Below are positions 25,334 through 40,663 of a stretch of DNA of 64,000 nt, piece after piece (within the stretch, counting starts at the first letter, position 1; every line of letters starts with the position of its first letter). The notes below the pieces were generated by a model. The model searched no databases. It was not told where the DNA came from and was given only the letters and a program-made list of their open reading frames with translations. This stretch comes from Eledone cirrhosa. Taxonomy: Eukaryota. The position numbers were made by a program, and so were the translations under genes. The stretch is from assembly GCA_964016885.1 (NCBI GenBank), contig OZ024745.1:72602001-72666000 (forward strand), written 5' to 3'.

Positions 25334-27797
25334 GTAAGTACAGTTAATATAATTAGTGTCATTCTTAACTTTATATACATGGTCACTTCTGTGACCTTAT
25401 TGAGATAATTACTATTTGAAATTGTTTCTAATTGAATAAAAGAAATAAATACAATGTGAAAGCAATCATTGACATAAACGATTTCAATGTTGGATTGTGT
25501 GAATAGTTGTGTCCTTTGACGTTTTGGTTAACACATATTGTTGATGCTGTTGTAGTTTTAGTTTTAGCTGAGATTCTTTCTGTTGATAGAGTTTTATCTA
25601 AATTCACTTTCAATTGTGGCCATACCCATTTTAGATATTTCAACATTAGTGAGACCTATGTTTTTCGGTCTGTAAAGCTAGAATTTAGTGGTGTAAATCT
25701 GCGACTTGCAGTATCTACTCCAGGTTAAATTGGTTACTTAATAGTAACATAATTTAATCATGTCACTCAGCTGTATTTTCAGTCACTAATAATTCACGAA
25801 TATATTTGAATTTGAACTTAATATGCTAAAATGTATGTTTGAGTGCGGGAAACAGTACTTTTATCATATTATCAGGAAAGAGTTGCTTGACATAATCAAC
25901 TAATATATAAGTAACCAACAGATAATAAATTAAATTTGTTTCCAACTGTCATGGAGAAATGGCAAAGGGGTTAAAGCATTGGATTAAATGCTTCATACTT
26001 ATCCTGGTCCTCCACACTCTGTGTTCAAATCCCAGCAAAGCCAACTTTGCCTTTCATTCTTTTAGCATCGATAAATAAAGTACCAATCCATTGATTGGCA
26101 GAATTATTAGTGAGTAGGACATAATGCTTTGCAGTTACTGGTCCAACTATGTATCTTCTGAGTTCAAATCTTACCTCATTCGCCAAAGAATTGCGACCGG
26201 GGAATAGTATTAGAAAGGGGAAAAGCGCTTTTTTGTCATGCTTTTGCAACAATAATACACAAATAATTATTATGTTGTATTAAGGTGAATGATTAGTCAT
26301 TGAAATACTCCTATAGGTGACACTGAGATGAACGAATGCTTCAATCAATCAAATTTTGTTGATTAGTGTATGTTTATTTTAAGAATAACAGCATAGTGTA
26401 TTAAATACATATTCACAGTAGTAAGATAGTCTAATGTTTTGTAATGCAATATATGTTTTGTGTTTGAGTGCAGGAAACGGGAAGGGAGAGACTGTATTTA
26501 TAAACGTATGTATGTGTGTTTGCATGTATGTATTTGTTTTCAAACAATAAATTAACGGTTTTAGTTGCAATATTATCTTACACTAATTTACTTATTCAAT
26601 GATTTTATTTCAGCAGTTAACTTCTTTTAAATGAATTAAATGTCATTAGCTCAAGTAAGCATTTCTGCATAGGAAACATACCTCGTATCAAACTTGTTGT
26701 TGGCATGTGAAATAAGCGTGGAACGTTATACAATTGTTTAACTGCCTATCTTCATCATAGAATTGATCTTCATATTCATATCTGGATAGCATATAAATGT
26801 ACCTATCACTACATATTGCGTAGTTGAAGGATAGTAAAGAACTGAAGTACATAGTATAATCAAACCGTTCTCAAACTCTTGGTTATAAGTTATTTAATAA
26901 CGACTGATAGTTGATGTAGGAAAATTATATATCACTGAAATAATGCTAAAGTTTAAGACGTGGGTAGAACGAAATGTTTTCATTAATTTTATTGTTTACA
27001 GCAGATTCAGTCGGTTTATTAATTAGATTGCAAAGGTGTGTGACATATAATAATAAAACGTTAATTAATGTTTTATATGCAATTGTTTACGACCACAAGA
27101 CTCGTTTTCTAGTTTTACAGTAATATTGAATAATACATTTCTATTAAACATCTTTACATATGTTTCTATCAGGCATCAATGCCAAGTCGTATTTCTGCAT
27201 AACAGCGCTTCTAAGTAAATATGTAGGATAGTATGTCTAAATCGATTACTGATACTTTAAAGAGAACCCAACAGAAAGGCTTTCGTCTGATCAATACAAT
27301 ATCTCTTACTAAACTCGGTGAATAATTATCATCACCTTTATATTTATGCTGGTAGAAGTATAACACACCTCTCTCCAGATCCCACATTTTTGACACTGGA
27401 ACAGCCATTCTTTTCGTGAAACTTGCCTAACATATATTATACGTGGTTCTCTAGTCCCATAACTAGTAAGCTATAGAATACATACGATAATATATTTATA
27501 TATCTTCTTTTCGCGCATATATATATATATATATGCGAAAAGAAGATAACCTCAACAGAGTAGTACGAATTGTATGTTAATGTTAAAAATAATATTCAAG
27601 ATTTTTTTACAGATTATACGAGAGGTACTCGAGTAGTTATTTCCATCTCGTATTAACATCATTCAATATCCACGAGCATGTATGTATTGACCCACAAAAC
27701 ACGCACACACAAACATACCTACATACATGCTTACATATTTGCACACAGAGATAGATAGATACATATATCTATATCTATATATATATCTATATATATC

Positions 27798-27831
<34 letters not shown>

Positions 27832-27936
27832 TGTATGTATGTATGTATGTATGTATGTATGTATGTATGTATGTATGTATGTATATATATATATACGTGT
27901 ATATATATTTATACATATATATATATGTGTGTGTGA

Positions 27937-27988
<52 letters not shown>

Positions 27989-28071
27989 GTTATTCCGGGT
28001 TGAATCGGAGGTAACCACAGTAAGTAAGGTACTCAATACATTGCAGAGTATAAAAGTTTTAATATAGATGA

Positions 28072-28120
28072 GGTTCTACAGGACTAGAACTGTTTCATTC
28101 TTTAGAAATCATCAGGAATC
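28072..28120 (-). ncRNA. type I hammerhead ribozyme, inverted twin of 28122-28170
   Basis: Mirror copy with an identical core and one mismatch in helix I (GAACC). Confidence 0.7.
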
Positions 28121-28121
28121 T

Positions 28122-28170
28122 GATTCCTGATGATTTCTAAAGAATGAAACAGTTCTAGTCCTGTAGAATC
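28122..28170 (+). ncRNA. type I hammerhead ribozyme, canonical core
   Basis: GATTC-CTGATGA-T TTC TAAA GAA T-GAAA-CAG ttctagtc CTG-TA-GAATC, with a GUA triplet. Confidence 0.78.
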
Positions 28171-31100
28171 GCATCTATATTAAAACTATATATATATACA
28201 TATATGTATGTATAAAACCTTAGTGCCAAACGATTAGATGACAATTCCGTCGAATAGATAGCATTCGAGTTAATTATGCTGACTACTATAATGTCGTCCA
28301 TTGGAGCACTCTTGTCTTTATTTTCAGCCAATAATACAGGTTTTCGTTCCACTGCTCAGAATGTTTGGAACGACTCCATGGTAGAAACAGAAACCCGATT
28401 TTCTTTCTTGACATTTAGCTGTGTTGTCATAGCTAGTGCAGTAAGTCGTCTCTTCCGCTTGCTTGTACTGTTATGTATCGGTCTATTTCCTGTTACATCT
28501 TGTTTTGTTTTCTTTTTTTTAATTTCTGTTTCTGTTCACCAGATATCACCCCTTTGTCTGTTTTATGTTCTGTTGCAAATATTCTGTACATTTCTGTGTC
28601 TCATGCTTTGTGATGTTTCTTTTGATTTGATATAACCCACATTCTCGGTCCAATGTTTTCCTGTTTGTACAGCTGGTCACATGACGTCTTCGTGGTTACC
28701 CTGGCATATAGCCTATTGCATTGATGATCAAGCTAATCCTGTACCGTTGTCCGAAAATTAACACTAATACTCACCGCATCTAACTCTCATTCCAATAATG
28801 TTGTTTTTTTTTGTATGCGAATATAAAGAATGTATGGTAAAACTTCCTAAAACTGTTTCTACGTTTACAAACGATTGGTAAACATATTAGCAAAATCATT
28901 GTTCAGGTGTGTTTAGTAATTTTTGAAACTAACGCATTCGGGGAAAGTTGATTAACAGATTCATTTCTTTAGAATGGAGAGTCCCCAAATTATATTGTCA
29001 TTTTCAATCATGAATATTAAAGACATCAACACTCGTATCTATGTACGGTGTGAAACTAAAAAGAGAGCTAATGTAATGATTACACAGACCAAATGATATT
29101 TTCATCTTGACAAAGGCAATCATATAAATGTAATTATTGTAATTATATCATTTCACAAAAAAATCACTTCTTTTTTAACCGTAAATTAAAGTTGTTGACG
29201 CTCATGCATAATTACATACATACATTCATGTCTATACAAAATATATAATATATATAAATAAAAACAATAACTGCATCTTCGAAAATACTCATTATAAAAA
29301 AATATATATATATATATTTGTAATATTTGATTAGATATAAATATAATCAATTTTCATTGATATAGTATGATGGTTAATTGTGACGTACGATTACTATCTG
29401 TCAAATGTTAGAAAAGTCTTCAAACCTATTGTCAAATTCGTTAAAACTAAAACATACTCAGAATGTTAAATGTAACTCCCTTGTGGATAAGTATAATTAT
29501 GTAAAATATATGAGGAAAATTACATTATCATAACAAACATACATATGAAGGTATAAATAACACTATGCATCAAATTATAAATTTTATTTTGTTACTGAAA
29601 TAGGAATTTGTGAAGCTGAATTCAACGCTGAAATTCAAATTTCTCTATCGCATTCAGAATTTGCATAACAATACATTCCTTCCTGTTATCCCCGAAGTTA
29701 ATATACTTACTGACCAAATTTCAAAGCCGTCCCTTAAAAACAAGTGATCTTAAAAACAATTTGATCTGATTAAGCTTTACTTAATTCAAAGTATAACATT
29801 TCCAAGCACATAATGTGAGGAAAACTGTAGTTAAAATTTGTTTGTTTTAATTGGAGAAAGACATTACGTGAAAGAGACGTTGAGAAGCTAATAACGTTTC
29901 AAACTATATTTAATTTATGAGTGTCTTTTTATTAACTTGCTTACCACTACTGATGTAAATACAGACATAACGTCTACAAACAAATGTTTATACGTGTTTA
30001 TATATGTCTATTCTTTCATAGGTTGGTGTGTATGAGAGTAGTAGTGAGTGTATACGTGATTAATGTTTCCCATTTATGTTAAAGCTGCTTCATTTATTGT
30101 AAACATGTTCAAGTTTCTTTAAAAGCTTTTATTGTCTGTGTTTGTCCTGCAATAAATCTAAGTGTTATATGTCGCGTATCGGGTTTGAAATTTCAAAACG
30201 AATTTTTCTAATTGTACTGCGATGGGCTTTGTTAGTTTTCAATTATTCGTACAAATGCGTGTTTACAGAAAACAAAATATGGATATCTATCAATGAGATA
30301 TAAATAAGTAAGCAACACACCAGAAAAGAAAAGAAAACTCTGCACAGAAGTTGAACATATTTTTTTTTTGGGGGGGGGGGGGGGCTCATAATTCAAATAG
30401 GAATCAGTGCTGTGAAAATTAGAACTGGTTTTGTAATATAACCAGAGCAGATTAGAATCTACTAACGAATTATGTTATAAAACCTATTCCAATAAATCAA
30501 GCTCTAGCTTTAACTTGATCATACTGATTTCCTGATAAACTATACTTAACCAATTTCTCATTGAAGATTTGATATCAGCACTTTAGGCGCAAGATACAGT
30601 CAGTACATTCGCTTCATATTTATAACTAGATGAACAAATTTCTGTGAGTTAGATGCACTGAGATTGACACAGACTTGATGACAGAATAGCAATAGTCGTC
30701 ATTGAAGTAGCCAGTGAGCTTCGTCTAAACACACTTAGCTATATACAGTATATTTTAGCTAAATGTCAAAAGATATTCTGTTCAAATGGGAAATTCTACC
30801 TTTTTATATAATATATGTTTATGGAATAGTTCTTTCATTATTTAGGCAATTTTGTAATATCTCAAACACTAATATTTTATACAATATCTATCCCAACACC
30901 TAAACAAGGCTTTCTGCTCCACATCAACCTTCTAGTACACAAGCTAAGTAAACATTGCCTATAACACACGGAGAAAAATTCTCGTCATAATATTTTGAAA
31001 AGGATGACCAAGAAAGCACAGCCTGTAGGCTTTATCAATTCACGACATTCACAGTTTTCCTTTCTCAGTAAATACCAATATGCTTTCTGCAAAATCGGAT

Positions 31101-31945
31101 CTATAAGCAATCTAATGTTCTATATTACACACCATTTGGTTTCTGTTCTACCAAGACTGAAATGATTCCCTAATAATTTGTATAACACAGAGTGCATCTA
31201 CCTCGTCACTCCACGTCATTGTTACTCTTCTTTCTCATAGTGAATTAAACATTTGACATATACTCAGTTTATCGACATCAGAAAGTTGAAACGCAAAATT
31301 AAGAATGCATTAATTCTACTCAGAAATATCACAGTTGCCATTTGATGTAATAAATAACAGGCATTGTTATATTCAGAACTACATATGATGATGAAACGTT
31401 TTAGTATTAAAAAAAAAATGTTTTTTTTAAACTTTTCACCTTGACTCAAAACAATGACAGGTTTAACGATAGATGTCTCAAAGTGGTGAGAGTGATAAAT
31501 GTCTATTTTATAATTTCATTTGTTTGAATAGTAGTAAAGAAGTAAAATATAAGAGAATGCACGCAAGGAAAAGTAAAATAAACAGAAAAGGGAGAAGAAA
31601 GTGAGAAGGGCTAAGTCAATATGGATGAAGGGGAAAGCAAATAAGGCGTGCAAAAATACTATCAAACATTAGGCGTTGTTGCAAAAATGTTAAATGATAC
31701 ATACACACGCATACACACACACGTGCACACACACACACGTGCACACACACACACACACGCACACACACACGCATATATATATATATATATATATATAGTA
31801 AGTGAGAGTATGGGTAGGTGAACAGAGAAGACAATGTAGCTAATATTACTTTTCTTTTTTCACACCAATATAATATTTATTGATGGGGGAAATAAGATCT
31901 GACAATAAGAGATCAGGTTTTCGCTCCCAATTTCTGCCCCTGTTG

Positions 31946-32064
<119 letters not shown>

Positions 32065-33384
32065 TTATATATATATTATATTTATATGTGTGTGTGTGTG
32101 TGTGTTCGTAATACTGTGTAGGAATTTGGGTGTATACGTATTTGAATGTATGTCGTAGGTTTTAAATAGAGTTAACAACCGTTTATGTAGTTTCTAAATA
32201 AATTTCCAGTTATGATTCATAGGATCACCCTATGACATTTTCCGTTCGTCTTATGCAAACGAAATTCTGAATTATCGAGGTAATACTCGTCCCAGTAATT
32301 ATAATGAATTTCAGCATTTCGCATATCAAAAACTAGTATTCTTTTATGAGTGCGCTGCTATATTTCGGTCTCCATAAAAGCTCCCTACTCACTATTATTA
32401 GGGTGGAGTTGGTCACTCGAAGGAGTTAGCCCCGAGACGTAGAACAGCTATTTCAACGAGTCTCTCTCGGAACGTGTTAATAGTCGTCATTTTGTCCACT
32501 ACGGCTTGCGACTTGGGCTCTGCACGCCAGAGAGCGGACTCCCACAGAATCTCGACATGTATCATTGGATCAACGATGGTACAATTGACTGATATTTTTA
32601 TGCTTACGTTACGCACACATTTAACTACACTCTTTAGATGTAGATATAACTCAAGATATCAGTTATGTATTTCAGTTATCCTCACTCTCCTGTGCTTTAT
32701 CACACAGCTCTTTGATAATCCCGTCATGAGAAATCTAGTTTAAAACATTTAACTGTAAGAATGAGATAGAACAATTATAGTAAGATATTAGTTACAATGG
32801 ATAAATCACTTAACAGTAAGATTCATATGTCGAACTGCATTATAATTATAAATACTAGTTTTCACAATAGCATTAGTGATGTCAGCACCATTAACAGAAT
32901 AAAGCGAGAATAGTATTGAAATGAATGTCTATAACAGTTTTAGTAAGAAAGGGTCTCTTCATAGACAAGGCAAAGGACAGGTGCGTGGTTGTTGAACGGA
33001 AGTTGGAATGTTTTCGTAAAATATAAATATGTAAACATAAAACGTATCACTCTGTTTAGAAGTGAACCGGGGTGATGTATTATGTACTAAAGAAAAGAAG
33101 CATTGTACAATGTTCCTGTAAAAGAAGTGACATTAATATGCAGGGAACAAGATGTTAACAAAAACAATGAAGTGGAAAAGAGTTTGTTGTATAAGACGTT
33201 AACTTCATTCTACTAACTAGCAAACAAACGGCTGTAATGCCTAATTTCTATTACAGCTGATTACTTAGAATATAAGACACATTTGTGACGTGAGATCAGA
33301 TTCGAGCAAACGCAAGGAACGTAAAGTCATACCACATATTTAAGCGTACTGAAACTAGTATATATATACACTGTATATATATAC

Positions 33385-33474
<90 letters not shown>

Positions 33475-33478
<4 letters not shown>

Positions 33479-34086
33479 ATAGGGAGAAAAAGACGATTAT
33501 TAGGAAGAAAAATATCTTTTTTTCCCTTTTATTTTTTTCCCTTTTTTCTGTTTAAAACAAAATATTTTACTTTGTGTGAAGTGTTAAGGTATTTATTAAT
33601 TAACAATGGCATTTATATATTTATTTATATATTTAATAATTGTCTATTACTGGTTTCAGCATTTTATGCATTATGAAAGGGAGGAATTTGTATTGGTGTA
33701 AAATGTTGATGATATTGAACATTGGAAATGGTGAAGAAAGAATAATGTTATTTACAATCAAGGTTTTTGAAGTGAAAAGAAAAATGAAAAAAAAAGAGGG
33801 TAATGTGGAACATGATAAGGTAATGGGATAGAAAAAATAATATTATTTACAGGCATAGTTCTTGAAGATAAGCAGTTCAAAATGTGTTATTATTGCAAGA
33901 GTGTTTAGTTGATCCATGGTGGAGGCCTCTTGCCATAATAACAAAAACCTTGTTTGTAAATAACATTATTCTTTCTTCACCATTTCCTTAACATGTTCAA
34001 CATCACCAACATTTTACACCAATACAAATTCCCTCTTTGATAATGCATAAAATGCTGAAACCGGTAATAGACAATTATTAAATATA

Positions 34087-34117
<31 letters not shown>

Positions 34118-34278
34118 ATGCCATTGTTAATTAATAAATGAATTAACTAATACCTTACCACTTCACACAAAGTAAAATATTTTGTTTTAAACATTTTCTA
34201 ACCCCATAAAAAGAAAAAAAGGAAAGGGAAAAAAAAATGTTTTTCTTCCTAATAATCGTCTTTTTCTCCCTATTTTCA
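33475..34278. repeat. inverted duplication, ~280-320 bp arms, ~200 bp spacer
   Basis: 33475-33756 aligns to the reverse complement of 33955-34278 with indels. Microsatellites at both outer edges. Confidence 0.92.
34033..34070 (+). ncRNA. minimal type I hammerhead, U3-A8 variant
   Basis: CTCT-TTGATAA-T GCAT aaa ATGC T-GAAA-CCGG-TA-ATAG. Palindromic helix III ACCGGT and one helix I mismatch. A decayed mirror copy lies at about 33644-33681(-). Confidence 0.6.
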
Positions 34279-34500
34279 TATATATATCTATATTCCAACT
34301 CGTGTGCTCCTTCTCCACATTTAATTATTATTATTATATATATATTATATATATATATATATTACATATATATATATATATTTATATATTTATATATACA
34401 TATATATATTCATTTATATATGTATATATATAGAGAGAGATAGATATAGATATATTTATATATATACATATATATATATTTATATATCTATATATATCTA

Positions 34501-34550
<50 letters not shown>

Positions 34551-35266
34551 TAGTAAAATATAAACTCATGAGCAATTAATCATTATACTATGCTTTAGAT
34601 TAACACATATTCCTCTTTTAGAAATAATGACATAAGATATGTTTGATAACATATCATTGCCAACATTTTTTACAACATTTTTTGTATTTAAATCTCTCGC
34701 CCTTTTAACATTTACCCATACATACATACGTATACATACATACGTATATATTAACACACAATTAACAGTTTAAAGCACAATATTCAGTTATGTAGCCATC
34801 ACTAACGAAATTGCGAAAGCCTGTTCTTATCGCAAAGTATCAGCATGAGAACACCTTGGAACATTAAACCACGTCAGTGGCATGCGTGCACATATATTTA
34901 TATTAAAAACACCAATGTCCTTTCTATTATTTGCATTCATATTTTTCTCTTTTTTTTTCAGTGTTATTATAAAAATTATAATTATTCTTGAATTTCACGG
35001 CATTAAGATTTTATAACACCGGTAACTGTGACTCTTTGTCAGGCTATTGAAAGCTGAAGATAAGGAGAACTTGTAGCCCTTTTCTATCCGTTAGTTGACA
35101 GTAATTTTGGGGGCAGAACCAAGAAGTATCGAATGCTGGAGTGTATTTATTTCATACTCAATGAAATGCATTTTCAAATAGCTGCGATCCAGTACTCCTA
35201 TAATTATAGGCATATTTTATGTGTTCTTTCTCCACATTTTACTCATTCAAACCTATTATTATTATT

Positions 35267-35535
35267 CCCGCCGAGGTTAGCTTTTCCTTTCATTCTTATG
35301 GGGTTGATTTAATCGACTTTCCCCTACCTCAACATTGTTGGCCTTGCGCCTATATCAGAAACCATTATTATTGTTGTTATTATTGTTGCTTTCCAGCATA
35401 ATTACGTCCCTTTACGATCTGAGTTCAAATCCCACCTAGGTTCACTTTGCCTTTTATCCTTACGGGGTCGATAAAATAATGTACCAGTAATGTACTGTGT
35501 ATTTCTGGCCTTGTGCCAAAAATAGAAACAATTAT
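35267..35535 (+). mobile_element. two partial SINE family A copies
   Basis: Central domain and tail motifs occur twice (about 35267-35370 and 35390-35535). Confidence 0.75.
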
Positions 35536-35551
35536 TATTGTTGTTATTATT

Positions 35552-35964
35552 CCTGTTACACTGCGTTGAGGCCGGTATAAGTATGTTTCCTATTGGACCC
35601 CAACCCGTAGTATAGAAAGAGAAGCATTCTTGCCTTTTCTTTTTTAAGGTCCTTTCATACTTTTCGTGGCTCTCCTTATTCTGTGTCAAGGACTTTACTG
35701 AATAATTCTTGCTGATCCAACAAAACAACATATTTGCCCTATATCCACTCCCAGTTTAAGATTTATCTTCCTAAGCTTCACTTTCAAATTCTGTGTCATG
35801 ATACTCAAGGCTCTGATGACGATTGGCAAGATCATAACCTCGTCGAATTCTTTTTAATTTTTTTTTTTCAGCACTTGATGATTTCATATTTCAAGTCAGT
35901 GTAATGTTCTATTTTTTTCTTTTTTCTCATGTTTACTCTGGTATCAAATGGGCATGCTCAGTCA

Positions 35965-35966
<2 letters not shown>
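35552..35966 (-). mobile_element. second R4/Dong-type 3' fragment, degenerate
   Basis: Minus strand reads IID*ACPFDTRV...KIEHYTDLKYEI...EVMILPIVIRAL...GSARII...KVL. Flanked by (AAT)n-type repeats. Confidence 0.75.
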
Positions 35967-36012
<46 letters not shown>

Positions 36013-36032
36013 GTTGTGTTTTTTTTGTTATA

Positions 36033-36069
<37 letters not shown>

Positions 36070-36519
36070 GCTGCTGCTGCCATTATTTGTTATACCATTA
36101 CTATATCGTTTTGCGTATGAGACTTCTCCGGTCTCAGGTTGTTGTTGGTCTGATCGAGATAAGAGATCAGTGATCAATTTCTAGGGTCCACCTCGAGGAG
36201 GTCGACAACTTGGGCTCCTACATATGATATGTGAGAAAAGGGAAAAAGAACAATTAGAAGACAAACCTGAAATATTATTTGATCATTCCTGAATCAACGG
36301 TTTTTCTTACGTTTTTATTGAATTTTTGATATTTTCTGGTACATACAACTTTGCAGAAAACATTTAATAGGAGCATTCATAATCTTCAAATATTACCATC
36401 CGGTTAAATATAAATTAGATATTTTCTCGTTGCGGTTCATACAAAATGTTTTTTTTTTCCATGCTCTTCTTTTCTATCTCTGCTTGTCTTTCAGTCTGCA
36501 TCACTCTCATTCTATATAC

Positions 36520-37231
<712 letters not shown>

Positions 37232-38384
37232 CTGTATGTTTGCCTTTCTATCTAATCAACTAACACTCTATCTAATGACCTAACTTGCTAACTATCTAAC
37301 TTTTTAAATCGCTCATTCACGTTTCAGTTAATTGTTATTTTCCTTAATGTTTATTTATTGTATACATTCTTTGATATGTTGTTTCTGCAGAGAAGTACCA
37401 ATTCCATCTTCAAGTTCTTTATGCATCCACGGAAGCAAATTCTATAACATATTATCTATGTTGTATTCTGGAATCATTTGGTGTTTCGGGTTTTACAAAT
37501 ATATCCTCCTCTATTTGATCCGATAGAGGTTCATCAAACCTCTGATTGTGTACAAGTCACATATGAGCCACCCAACAGGTCATTTCTCTTCAGCCATTGC
37601 CATCTAACGCTTCCAAATGATGGCTGAAGGCTCTACTTTTCTGTTCATTTCCTGAATTGTTATAACATGAAATCGTCATTTTGTGCTCTCGTGTAGACTT
37701 CGGGTTAATTTGTCCGCTCTCTTCTATTTACGTATTCTTTTTCAAATACACTCTTCACTTCAGATGCAAGTATATTTCCGGTAATTGTTTGAAAGTCACT
37801 ATTGTCTTAAATCTTTTTCAAACCAATAGTAAAGCAGCCATGAATAGTATACCCAAATTAGTTACAAGAACATTTCAAGTATTAATTAGAGAAAATGGGA
37901 GTATGGAAATACGACGAGGAATGAGAAAATAACAACGAATTAGTTATTTATACAGGAAATTTTAACTATTCTGTAGTCATGTACACGTTATCAAAACCAT
38001 AAAAAATATGTTATATTCCCAATAAGCAAGATTGTTCCCACGAATAATAATTACATATCCGTTTTATTTTATAAAGTGTTCCAATAAGATGTTATATTAT
38101 GGCATAAATAAATATGTCATTATACATTTTTGATTTTTCATCAGGTTTCACAATTGCAACGGTTTCCTGTCGTTATTTGCGGATTAGCAGAATCATTACG
38201 GCTTCCATAAAAAGTACTTGGTGGCATTTTGCTGCAGATCATTACGTTGAAATCCTACAGAAGTTAATATTACTTTGATAGAATAAATTACAAGTACTAG
38301 AGTCGATTAAATCGACTTTCCTCTCTCTTATAGAATTGCGGTCTTGTTGCCTAAATTACAAACTATTATTTTAATTAATAATAG

Positions 38385-38605
38385 GGTGGTGGATTGGCAG
38401 TATCGATAAAGCCTCAGACACCATGCTTTGTGGTATAGAGTTACGGACCTTTACGTTCTGTGTTCAAATACCGCCAAGGTTAGCTTTGCCTTTCAACCTT
38501 ACGGGGTCGATAAAATAAAGCACCAGTAATGTACCGGGGTCGATTTAATCGATTTTCCCTTCCCCCAGAATTGCTGGCCTTGTGCTTAAAGTAGAAACAA
38601 TTATA
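38385..38605 (+). mobile_element. SINE family A, full length
   Basis: Full head-to-tail match. An older decayed copy precedes it at about 38180-38370. Confidence 0.85.
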
Positions 38606-38949
38606 ATAATAAATCATTATTCTGTGGACTAATTTTTCATTTTCTATATTATTATAGTACTGATAAATGCGTGTGTGAACATAGGAAGATAATGATCCTC
38701 ATATACTAAAGGCAAATGATCGTTAAAATATATCATTTAAAATGTTTATATTTTATATTCAAATGTCTTTGGTAGATAAGAACATATATTGTTCCAGCTA
38801 ATAAATGAATCATATAACTTACATCAATTCAGTTTTTCAAGGAAATATTACACAAAATACTTGGATAATCTATGTGTATAAGTATGTATGTGAATTTGTT
38901 CGTATGTTTATTTAAAATCTAAGGAAATCTTTTATTATACATACATGTA

Positions 38950-39751
38950 TTCAGCCAATAGATGATACTTGTAATGCAAGTAGCCATTTAGAAATCAATA
39001 AAAAATCACTCCTTTAGTATCCCAAAAGACAGTCGTCCTGATTTTTCCGACTGACTTTTGTGTCTTGAACATTTGAGTTTTTGGAGACATCGAGTGACGC
39101 CATTCCATCGAGTGCCTTTTTGACTCAGGTTCATAATAATTAATCCAAGTTTCATCACCTGAAATAAACCTTCTAAAGAACATGTTCTCTTTTTGAATGA
39201 ATTCAAGGAGCTCAGTGCTGCAATTAACCCATTCAGTCTTATGCTCAACTGCGAGTTGTCTTGGTACCCAACAGGCACAGACTTTTGCAAGTGAGTCAAC
39301 AATTCTGTGAGTTCTACCATTACTTACTCCAAGCTCTAATGCCAACTCATCAAGGGTTATGCGCCTATCAGCTCTGATTAAAGCGTTTGATGCTGCTTTG
39401 TTGGCAGAGTTAACAGAAGTTGATGCGTGACCAGCTTGTCTTCTAAGCTTGCAGTTCCAACCTACACATCTACGCACATCGCTATTGTCTAAGGCGTCAC
39501 CTTTATAAACATGTTTTAGTCTCTTGTGAATGTTAACAGTGGTTTCTTCTACAGCAACAAGGAATTCAATTACTGCTCTTTGCTTTAAGGGGAAATCAAC
39601 TCAGTCACTCATCCAAATCTGAAAAACAAAATGAGATATTTTAGTCTCAAGAAGATAGGTGTCTTTACTTTGTGCTAAATTTCAACTCATTCTATAAAAA
39701 ACATGATCCTTCTATGATAAAAAAGGAATTACATTTTGCCTGGCCCGCGTA
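38950..39751 (-). mobile_element. mariner transposon relic, 5' half
   Basis: Reads KQRAVIEFL...IHKRLKHVY (HTH), RRITLDELA, WVPRQL, ISGDETW and TVFWDTKGVI. TIR-like TACGCGGGCCAGGCAAAATGTAA ends at TA 39750-39751. Contains stops and is truncated. Confidence 0.88.
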
Positions 39752-40173
39752 TGTTCAATATCCATTCATTCTAAAACATGTGTATTATCTTATCTCAAAC
39801 TCACGGCGGTTTGCTATCGATCTGGTATTGCATTTTAAAAGATATTTTTGTCAACCAAGCTTTGTTGTTGTTGTTTTTACAGCAAAGACTCTCCCTAAGA
39901 TATCAGATTGAAAAACACTCGGTAATATTTCTATCTTGCAACGTACTGGCAGTATTTTGAGAACACGTTTAATTGACGAAAAAACAGAACAATTATTTTA
40001 TGAATCATCCATAAAATTATTCTATAGTTATAATAATTAGCACTATAGAATCTTTCGTGAATTTCTGTTTCTTTGTTGATGTCATTCTTAGAGTCACTCC
40101 ACGAATCCTTAAATATCATGACTAATATTGAACGATTTCTTTTAATAATTTGCAAATATTACATTGTTAATTA

Positions 40174-40663
40174 TCTTAACTATAATAAAGGAAGGTCTGC
40201 GGGATTGCGTCCAGAATATATATTTTTTACCCCGTTTGTAAAATAAGTTGGATTACTTTGAATAAATAATGAATGAATATTACATAATTTATGTGCTAAA
40301 TTTCGTGGCTGTTGATTAAATATATTTTATAGCTTAATCTTTAAAATTCACTTCTTTAAAATTATCAAATGTCAACACTTCCGGTTAGCGGCCGTTATAT
40401 TATAACACTTATAATCGCATATATTTCCGTCGCTAATTTTCTCCTAATGCAGTTTATATATAATATCGTCTTTTTTTTAATATATCATGGATTACTGATT
40501 ACAGAAGACAGTGTAACATAGGCTTTGTTCAATTTCTGTATATATTGTCAATTACGATTTTATTTGATGTATCATATTCACATGCATATATATTTGTGTA
40601 TAATCAATATACACACTACACATGCTAGCAGAAAACCACCCGTCGGGTGGATTTTTCTGCTAG
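40174..40663 (+). mobile_element. probable non-autonomous Helitron
   Basis: Starts A|TCTTAACTATAATAAAG. GC-rich hairpin CCACCC-GTC-GGGTGG lies 9 nt before the CTAG|T end, consistent with insertion between A and T. Confidence 0.55.

Larger units (their letters stand above)
28055..28187. repeat. near-perfect palindrome, 66-bp arms, 1-nt centre
   Basis: Symmetric about T28121 with two mismatches. Confidence 0.95.

Noticed and set aside
28261-28700. 119-aa ORF and an AG at 28541 as a possible extra exon
   Set aside because: No TSP1/PLAC cysteine pattern, and exon 25333 already joins 45158 in frame.
40624-40663. Rho-independent terminator-like hairpin
   Set aside because: Eukaryotic context. 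Better explained as a Helitron 3' end.
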